Assembly: GCA_951406725.2 (NCBI GenBank)
Contig: OX597831.1
Coordinates: 51,770,001 to 51,834,000 of the forward strand
Origin: Octopus vulgaris
Lineage: Eukaryota
Length of the DNA: 64,000 nt
Direction: 5' to 3'
Under the pieces are notes generated by a model. That model was given only the letters and a program-made list of their open reading frames with translations, made no database searches and was not told the DNA's origin. Positions 54,650 to 64,000 of the stretch are shown one piece after another. Position 1 is the first letter of the stretch. Each line of letters starts with the position of its first letter. The position numbers and the translations under genes were made by a program.

Positions 54650-54717
54650 CGTGCAGATCCTCTTTTTGGGTTTCTCTCCCATCAATTAAGATCAAAAGCC
54701 ATGAAAACCACTGCCTA

Positions 54718-54848
54718 GTACTGCATTAGGGCATAAAGGTACTGCATCAGGGCATAAAGGTACTGCATCAGGGCATAAAGGTACAACATCAGTGTATAAA
54801 GGTACTGCACCAGGGGATTGGTATTGCATCAGGGCATTGGTACTGCAT
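54718..54848. repeat. Minisatellite with 21/19-bp unit gtactgcatcagggcataaag
   Basis: About 6.5 adjacent copies, no spacers. Confidence 0.9.
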
Positions 54849-55218
54849 TTCCATTAGCGGTGAGTTGTCGTAGGTTTGGGACATGATCAAAATGTCGTAC
54901 CTGAACGCCACTGGATTAACGAAAGTTAGCCGGTATTGATTGGCAACCTGGAGAACAGAATATTTCGTGCATAGCATATGAAAGAAATACCTGTGACTAA
55001 AACAAAGTTGTCGCTCCATAATTACGATGCTTGCAGCTGCCTGTATTTATGCGTTTTGATTGCATAAATAACCAGGAAGTAAGAAAAGCTTGCTACGATA
55101 TGAATCAAAAGAACATGAACATAACTTTGTATGATATATGATGTTTGGTACCGCGCACTACCGTTGTATATTACGTCAATTTCAAAACCACCCGATTGTC
55201 TCGGATACAACAACAATC

Positions 55219-55423
55219 CTTTCTATTAAGGACACAAGGCCTGAAATTTTGGGGGAGGGGACTAGTCAATTACATCAACTTCAGTACTTGACTGGTACTT
55301 AAATTATCGGCCTCGAAAGGATGAAAGGCAAAATCGATCGCGGCGGAATTTGAACTCGGAACGTAGGTGAAATACCGCAAAGCACTTCGCCCGGGGTGCT
55401 AGTGATTCTGCCAGCTCGCCGCC

Positions 55424-55425
<2 letters not shown>
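55219..55425 (-). mobile_element. SINE-A
   Basis: Family core motifs; another copy at 61557-61765 (+). Confidence 0.85.
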
Positions 55426-55512
<87 letters not shown>

Positions 55513-55519
55513 AACAACA

Positions 55520-55712
55520 ACAAATGCACGTTCCCACGGCTTTATCGATCGCATTCTCACCTGGAATCGATTTTTGTAATTTTTTCAAGACTTATACACG
55601 CCCTGATACCGTCAGTATCTACATATCAAATTTGAGCGCAATCGGATGGAGGATGCCCGAGATCCTAGAAGAGACACACACACACAGACAGAACGGGTTT
55701 TATATAATAGAT
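55520..55712 (+). mobile_element. Possible Helitron/Helentron-type non-autonomous element end
   Basis: caaattt..aatcgg..(acag) repeat..tttatataatagat, resembling Lep1/DINE-like ends (from recall). Confidence 0.35.
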
Positions 55713-55983
55713 TTGTATTGTGCATGAATAAAGTCTCTCTGTTTTGCTTTCTCTCTGTTTCCTTCTCACCTCCTCTCTCTCTCTCTCTCTCTCTCGCTTA
55801 CTGTTACTCTCTCACCCTCCCACTGCCCCTTCCTCACTCTCTACCTTCCCCCTTCGTTGTTTTTAACTTGATCGTGCAATCCCTCTTCAACAACATTTGA
55901 GAATGATCCCACTCGTTCGAGAGTGGTGCCACCCCATCTTCCAAATTAATCTGGAAGGTTAAACACTTAAAAGTTTACACGCA

Positions 55984-56017
<34 letters not shown>

Positions 56018-56240
56018 AGAATTTGGTGATGTTGATGATAGGAGAAAGGTGGGGTTTTTTTTGTTCTTCTTTCTCTTTTTCTCTCACTATATCCACCCCG
56101 TTACCATCAAACAACTCATTTCCCCATCCGCGCATTCAACATCAAAACTCCGATATACGATGCAGTTTATTAAATCTACATCACTCTGTGGATTATTTCT
56201 CCTCACCACCACCACCACCACCACCACCACCACCACCACG

Positions 56241-56297
<57 letters not shown>

Positions 56298-56556
56298 AAC
56301 AACAACGACAACATCACCACCACCATTTCTCATTTTGCCTAATGTCCCCCACCGCTACCAGCAGCACCACCACACCCTTTAGCACTTCCGCTCTCGTAAT
56401 TAACTTTACTATGTACATGACGGATTCATTACCGCCGTATTAATCACGTGTTCACTTCTCTCGTGGAACACGTGTTTGCTAACCCCTCTCCCTAATCATT
56501 CCCCTAGCTAGTTTTACTTTTGTATTTCTCCACCCATACCAACACCGACTTATTAG

Positions 56557-56778
56557 GTAGCAATAACAACGACAACAACAATCACATCAACAGCACACAA
56601 TACCAACATCAACAACAACAACAACAACAACAACAATACCAACAACACCAACAACAACATCAACAGCAACAATATCAACATTACCAACAATACAAGTAAC
56701 ATCACCACTAGTAAAACCACCACCACCACCATCACCACCACCACCACCACCACCACCACCACCACCACCATCACCACC

Positions 56779-56810
<32 letters not shown>

Positions 56811-57123
56811 CAACAACAGCAACAACAACAACAACAGCAGCAGCAGCAGCAACAGCAGCCGTTCAAGAATTTGGACCAGGAGATCTCCATTTCCAGCGAC
56901 TTCGAGGGCCACCTCCCATTGGTGTCGGGCACCAACGAAGAGCCCTCGACTACAACAAGACGACCAAAGTTTTTTCTTCCCCCAAAGTCTGGGGTCTCCC
57001 GCTCCTAAGCCCTACAACAACAACAGCAGCAACAGCAGCAGCAGCAACAACAACAACATCGATGCCAATAACAACATCACAAAGACCACCAACCACAACT
57101 CGAGACCTTTGCGTGGTCGCTGA
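56557..57123 (+). CDS. Possible low-complexity (Asn/Thr/Ser-rich) coding exon
   Basis: 188 open codons ending at TGA 57121-57123, after TTATTAG|GTAG| acceptor candidates; unique GC-rich core 56860-57010; an overlapping Thr/Pro-rich frame is also open. May be non-coding trinucleotide decay. Confidence 0.2.
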
Positions 57124-57177
57124 ACTCCTAGAAATTAGCGACCAAATTTCACTCACTGCTCTATCTAGCGTCTCAAC

Positions 57178-57862
57178 TAGTGGTTCTCAGCCGGGCTCCA
57201 TATGACCCTAATGGATCCATAAGAGATTTTACCAAAATCTTATACTTTATCATATAAAATTTTGTCAAAATTTATCTGCGGTAAGAGGCTTGCTTCCCAA
57301 CCACATGGTTCCAGGTTCGGTCCCACTGCATGGCACTTTGGGCAAGTGTCTGCTATTACAATCTAGGGTCGACAAAAGCCTTGTGAGTGGGTCTGGTAGA
57401 CGGAAACTGAAAGAAGCCCGTCACACATATATGTATATGTATATATCTACGTGTGTGTGTGTCTGTGTTGTCTCACCACCGTCACCGCTTGACAACCGGT
57501 GTTGGTGTGTTTACGTCCCCGTAACTTAGCGGTTTGACAAAAAAGATCGATAAAATAAGTACCAGGCTTACGAAGAATAAGTTCCGGAGTCAATTTGTTC
57601 GACTAAAAACCCTTCAAAGGTGGTGCTTCAGCATGGCCACAGTCAATTGACTGAAACAAGTAAAAGAATAACAGAATAATAGATTAGTCATACTTCTACA
57701 ATGCACAAAACATTTTAACAATTTCTTAAAAATACAATTCGTAATATATTTATGAAAATGTCATAGAATCTTTTGAAGATCGAATGTCTAGGAGGGTCTA
57801 TGCGAGTAAAATAGAAATAAAAGGGGTTCACAGGTTACAAAAAAAGTGGTCGAGAAACGCTG
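57178..57862. mobile_element. hAT (Charlie-like) non-autonomous element, interrupted by SINE-B
   Basis: Termini tagtggttctcagcc / ggtcgagaaacgctg; 8-bp TSD gtctcaac/gtctaaac. Confidence 0.75.
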
Positions 57863-57870
57863 GTCTAAAC

Positions 57871-57935
<65 letters not shown>

Positions 57936-58424
57936 CATACACACACATACACATACACAAAAAAGTACCACATTTTGGCTAATGCCATCACAACCACAGC
58001 CATCGCTAGCATCAGCCCCCTCCTATACAGCCATTAACGCCACCACCACCACTAGCAGTCTCTCACCCAACTTGTTACCATTCACAACTAATTTGAGCCA
58101 CTTTGTTACTGATTTCAAAAATTAGCTGCTGTAATACAGGAAGTGTGTGTGTGTGTGTGTGTGTACATAAGGGTTTCACACTGGGGTAATTTGCAATTAA
58201 GCGAAAAGAAAGGTATAGAATACTGTTGTGTAGGGTGGAAAAACATTAATCATTCAAAGCTGGGTCTGCATGAGTCGCTCTTTATTCCGACTCTGCACGT
58301 CTGTGAAGCTTTTAACACTTTTACTGAAGTAGATTCGTGTTTTAAAAAAATTAAGAAAAATATTTAACCACTGCATGTGTTAAGTGTACATTTCTTTCGT
58401 TTGTACACACGCGCATGCGCATGG

Positions 58425-58488
<64 letters not shown>

Positions 58489-58963
58489 CGTAACAAACTG
58501 GGAGAGAAGTCACAGAAAAGGTTGCGATTGGCAACGGAAGGACTTTGACAAACAAAAAAGGAAAAAACAATTGACTGTTGAATCAAGTTAAACAATCAAT
58601 TAGTTGAACAGATATCTAACCAATTGACTATTATCAAAGAAGTGGAATTGAACTAGTGCGTATGTTATTAATATTGGCTTAATGACTCTACCTAGATACA
58701 ACAAAATTTGCTTCAAAATCACACGAACTCACATAAAGAATCTTGTAAACCAAATACAAAAATGAAGTGTGTGTGTGTGTGCGCGCACATACATACTTCA
58801 CTGGAATATATATGTATATATACATTGTATGTAGTCGTTGGTTATGGCCGATCAGAAAGTTACCATTGGTTTCACGTCTATTGCTTTCAGCAGTACAGGC
58901 TATTGACCAGGCCTGATGGGCGGTGGTATATAACCTCTCTACAACTGACCGATAATATATATG

Positions 58964-59186
58964 CAGTAATCCCTAAACTATCGCGGGTGTTACGTTCCAA
59001 AACCCCCCGCGATAGGTAAAAATCTGCGAAGTACGAACAGTACTGTAGTGCATATTTTTAAAAATTAATTTTATAATTTGTATATATTCATTTTATTATA
59101 AATGCAAAACAACGCTACGGAAGAATCGACGTATGCTTAAATAATAAACTACGATAGGTGAACAACGATACGGTGAGGGATTATTG
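58964..59186. mobile_element. Tigger-like MITE
   Basis: Termini cagtaatccct / agggattattg followed by TA. Confidence 0.65.
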
Positions 59187-59188
59187 TA

Positions 59189-59242
<54 letters not shown>

Positions 59243-59261
59243 CCAGAAAAGATATGCACTC

Positions 59262-59563
59262 ATATTTGTTAAAAGAGTGAGTGTTTTAATCGAAGTATTC
59301 TGTATTATATATCCATTACGGCCGATCTTATCAATCAGTTTTGCACTAGGAGATAGCAGTTATGTCTTTTCAACTCCAACAGAAGAAAGCAGTTGCCATA
59401 TTTTCTCCCATAACGGCAATCTCTTAAGAGTGCAGGGTTACATAATCGGGCTGTTATCTAACAATCCGTTGCCCCCTAGTGGGAAACTAATTAGTAAAAT
59501 CGGCCGTAATGGATATATAATATTGGACACTTCGATTAAAACACCCACTCTATTAACAAATAT
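59262..59563. repeat. 300-bp hairpin element
   Basis: Arms 59262-59350 / 59475-59563 with nested stems agatagcag/ctgttatct, ttatgt/acataa and ttgcc/ggcaa. Confidence 0.85.
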
Positions 59564-59684
59564 ACGAATGCCCATTTTGCTTTTAAGACTGGTAAGCTAT
59601 TGGATGTAACAAGACAGATATTTGGCTGTTATTTCTTGCAGATTCATTGTCGCTGTAAAGCCGCTGCCTCCTCCCACCAATTAT

Positions 59685-60563
59685 TCGGGTGTTCGCGCCA
59701 AATTTGACGATTTTTTAATCTCTCCTTTTTTCAGGAAGAGCTTGATGCATTGGTGAATAGTCAACAGTGATAAGCACAGGTACAAAGTCAATTGAGTTCA
59801 AGAATATAAAGATTAAAGTTGTAGTTGAGAAAAAGTTAGCTGACATGAAGGACTGGAAGGCATCTGAATATTAGAATAGGCTGACCTGTACCATGATGAC
59901 TCGTGCCAGGTATCAAAATCCGACTTCATGACTGCTGTTCAATGCTGTGTGAAGGCTGTAAGACTTGATATGGAGAGTTGCAACGGGGCCTACGAAGCCT
60001 TGACCAGCAAGAAGGGACATAGCAGGTTTTTTGACTGCACCCGCACGCTGGAGTTTATCCAGCAACTGCAAGACAAAATGAGCAGGGCCTTATGTTCAAT
60101 TCAAGCAGATTGAGAGGGTTGCTGCTGGAAGGCCATATGTATGGCTGTAGGATTTGGCTCAGTGCCACACCTCCACAAAGAGTCAGGAGTGGAGAATTTC
60201 TACTACTTCACCAGCCAGAACCACCCCCTTGCAATCCCATGGATTACTATGTGTGGGGTCGCGGTTGAGAAAGACACCGACCACTTTGCCTGCAACACCA
60301 AAGTCAAGATGGTGGCCAAGATCAAGGAGGTGTTCGAAGATTTTCCTAGGGACACAGTGAGGAATGCATGCGCCAGGTTCTGGAACCGTCTTGAAGCCGT
60401 GGTAGAAGATGGAGACTGCTACTTAGAGCAAACTGTTATCTCCAAGCCGTAATCTAAATAATTTTTTTTTAAAAAATTTTCTTAAAATACTTACATTTTT
60501 AGGTGGTATATCATGTATTTTTTTCCGTTTCTGCAAACTATCAAATTTAGCCCGGATACCCTG
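59685..60563 (+). mobile_element. Internally deleted Tc1/mariner element, probably maT (DD37D)-like
   Basis: Degenerate TIRs gggt.t.cg.gc.aaatttga; remnants YVWL*DLAQCHTS, CNPMDYYVWG, NACARFWNRLEAVVEDG. Confidence 0.75.
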
Positions 60564-61060
60564 CTCGGAGCGAGATTAAATTATTAACCTTTATATCACA
60601 CATGGTGTCATAATGTTCGTAGCCTACACTGATACAGCGATTAGAAAAAGAAAAAAAAAAGCTAAAAAAAAGTTACACCTGCAAAATTCTTGATTAAAAA
60701 GCCAAACATTTCGATAATCCCAATAGTAATCAATTCTTGTTATAATTTAATTACTGTAAACTTGTGATTAAAAAAACATCTGATATAATGTTTTGTTTCA
60801 GTTTGTATTGCATTATTCCCGTTTCTAACCTTCCACATTAATCTTCCTTTTTTTTATAATTTAATTTTTTTGTTATTAAAAACTGTGTGCAAACATCTTT
60901 TACATTAAAGCTTGCTTGGTTCTAAATACTTTTTTGATATATGATTTCAATACAATGATGACGACGACGACGACGATGATGATGATATCTTTATAGAAAT
61001 CGGTAAAATGTTGGCTGATTAATTGGTTGGTTCTAGTGACGTTTTACATTGTATTGAGAA

Positions 61061-61099
<39 letters not shown>

Positions 61100-61191
61100 T
61101 ATTGAAATTAAGAAACTGTAGTAGGGAGATAGTAAAAATAATGAAAGCAACGTATCCAATCAATGCCAAATATATGACACATGTTTACACA

Positions 61192-61337
61192 CAGTGACGG
61201 ACTGGCCAGGTTGCCAGCTTGCCCGATGGCGAGTGGGCCCTGCGCCATTAGGATCCATATATGGAGGCCCATGTTAGTATCTAAGGGGCCCCCTTAGTCT
61301 CCTGGAAACCAATATTTTTAGACCCAGTTCGCCACTG
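61192..61337. mobile_element. Small hAT-type MITE
   Basis: TIR cagtgacggactgg / ccagttcgccactg; 8-bp TSD tttacaca/cttacaca. Confidence 0.8.
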
Positions 61338-61462
61338 CTTACACACTTATACACTTTCACGCATATACACACAGATTACTATTTGTGTAGAAGGATAATC
61401 AACCAGTGGGTTTACACAACCATACATATGCGTGTGTGTGTGTGTGTGTGTGTGTGTGCACG

Positions 61463-61496
<34 letters not shown>

Positions 61497-61844
61497 TGTA
61501 TGTATGTATGTATGTATACTTATCTATATCGTTAATATTTAATATTAATAGTGACTAAGACGGCGAACTGGCAGAGTTGTTAGCACGCTGGGCAAATAGC
61601 TTCGCGATCTTTACAGTCTGAATTCACATTCCGTCGAGGTCGATTTTGCCTTTCATCCTTTCGGAGTCGATGAAATAAGTACCAGTTGAACATTGGGGTC
61701 GATGTAATCGACTTACTCTCCCACACGAACTTGCTGGCCTCGTGCCAAAATTTGAAACCAATATTAATTGTGACTGTTTATCCATGACAGCAAATATAAC
61801 ATGATCGAAGTTACGCGTTATATTTCGGGGAGCAGTAATGATAG

Positions 61845-61897
<53 letters not shown>

Positions 61898-61981
61898 CAG
61901 AGGAAAAATTTAACCGTCACTAATTGTGATTGAGGTTGCCGAAGTACCTATATTGCGACTTTTAATGCTGTAAGGAGCGGG

Positions 61982-62060
<79 letters not shown>

Positions 62061-62216
62061 TCAATATAGGGTGGCAAAATTTTGTAGATAAATTTTGTAG
62101 ACAGGGTAAATGTTTTTTAATTTTCTCCTGGTTTGCGGAATTAATGTTATTTTGCGGTTGAAGCTTTGGCTGTTATTTCTAGTGGGTGAATGGCCTATTA
62201 TGGCCGTTCCTTGATT

Positions 62217-62290
<74 letters not shown>

Positions 62291-62487
62291 GTTAGTGATT
62301 ATACATTGTGTGCTTCTTACAGCATTAAGAGTTTTAAACTCTTATTTCTTGTAATATAAGTACTTTGGCACCCTCAGTCACAATTAATGATGATAAAACT
62401 TTTCATTTATGGTATTATATTGCGCCCAGCTGTTTATATTAGTTTATATATAAATATATATATAAACACATTTAGCGGACGTTACTT

Positions 62488-62615
62488 GTATTATCTAAAA
62501 CAGTTTGATTCGGCATGAAGCGATTTAAAGTTTCGCGGGCTTCTGACAGAAGCCCGTCTCTTTAGGGCTTAGATTACCGACATTAAGTCGCATGGAGCTG
62601 TTTAAAATAATATAC
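62488..62615 (-). ncRNA. Type III hammerhead motif with one core mutation
   Basis: Minus strand: gcgacttaatg-UC-ggt/aatctaa/gcc-CUAAAGA-g(a)cgggcttctg/cagaagcccg c-GAAA-ctttaaatcgc. Stem III 9/11 paired; outer stem tattat..aaacag/ctgttt..ataata. Confidence 0.7.
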
Positions 62616-62647
62616 ATACATGCATACACACACACACACACACACAC

Positions 62648-62689
<42 letters not shown>

Positions 62690-63125
62690 AGTGAGAGAGG
62701 TAGAGTAAGTGAGAGAGATAGAGTAAGTGAGAGAGAGAGGGAGTGGGAGAGAGGGAACCAAAAATCAAACAGAAATAACAGTGTGATCAATGGCATGAAT
62801 TTGAAAACGAGGAATAACGGTATATTAATACCATACTAGATAAATTCTTGTGGACGTAACCTAACATCGGAAGGTTACTATATTGATTCTACTTCCAGTT
62901 ACCTTCATAATGATATTAAATTATGAGAGAGTTCTTGTTGTTTAAGTTGATACTAGCTCTTGGACAGTACTTAGGGGTTTTGCTATGCGTGACAAGAAAA
63001 GACTTGCGTACAGTTATTGGGCGTATGAAGGTTTAGATTGTGTATAAGCAGTCAAAAGCGTCCAGGGGATCGGAAACGTCAGCAGCAGCCGCTGTAGTAG
63101 TGGCAGGGGCAGCAGCAGCAGTAGC

Positions 63126-63158
<33 letters not shown>

Positions 63159-64000
63159 TGTTGTAGTTATTGATGTTGTAGCAGTGGGTACTATGGAGGT
63201 ACACAGCACAATAAAAACTGGAGTGTTTTCACGAGAGATTTGTCTGTTCGGAAATATGGTGTAAAAACTCTGACTGCCAGTCTGTCAACATGTATGTATG
63301 TGTGTATGTATGTAAGTGTATTCATGTATATTGCACGAATACGTGTTATTGTTTACCTATGATCAAAAGCGTTCCAGCCGTGACAATCGTTTCTTTATCT
63401 TAAGACTTCATTATTTTGTTTCTTTGACTTTTGGTTAAGACTATAGGATTTCATTTTATTAACAATCCTAGCAGGCCTAGAGGTTCCCGTGGGGCTCTAT
63501 GTGTAGCTTGGTAGTGCTTGTATACATTGCCCCAAATATATAGGGAGTTTTCTCACAACAGGGCGTATGTATGCCTTGTGAAAAATCAACAACTGTTTTT
63601 GAGCCAAAATATTTGTTTGACGTTCCAAGACAAAAACCAGGCTTTTTGTATTATTGACTATGTTAAGAATGTGTGGTCGTCATCAGATGGCATTACACAT
63701 TGTTGTATAAGGAACACTTGATATTAGACATATGTTACGAACTACTGGTTTGGTTCATAAACTGACATCGTAGCTGAACAAAAATCATTGTTTATGTTAA
63801 GTGATATAACCATTTCGGGGTTTGGGGAATATATTTCCTGTGATACTTTTAGTGGACAGAAGAATGTAAGTGTAGCATATTGATACCTTACTCTTACGCC
63901 CGTGTTTTTAACTCGCTGAAGTAAGTAAAGTATGGCCATGCTGGGGCACTGCAACCCATTTTAGTATGAGCGTGGGATTCATGAAAATTGACGAAACTGA

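Noticed and set aside
54718-54848. CRISPR-like short repeats
   Set aside because: Adjacent tandem units without spacers, in eukaryotic context.

Overview
AT-rich, microsatellite-saturated eukaryotic DNA. The tRNA-derived SINE families and the simple-repeat density point to an octopus or other coleoid cephalopod (inference). Almost all ORFs in the supplied track are microsatellite artefacts. The only convincing host-gene piece is a CpG-rich leader plus a short first coding exon (3005-3089, +) encoding a signal-peptide-like sequence, so most of the window is probably one very large first intron. The rest is a TE graveyard: at least four SINE types, mariner/maT/pogo/hAT elements and MITEs, and Penelope-like (PLE) relics. 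The most striking signal is about a dozen hammerhead-ribozyme (HHR) motifs in several unrelated short elements next to simple repeats. These include intact-looking minimal type I motifs with palindromic stem III (8403-8500, 49790-49824), three type III motifs on rod-like hairpins (1378-1469, 38808-38908, 62488-62615), and recurrent head-to-head inverted pairs. Together they suggest a diverse PLE-associated or retrozyme-like system. All structures were derived by eye; ends of decayed repeats are approximate.
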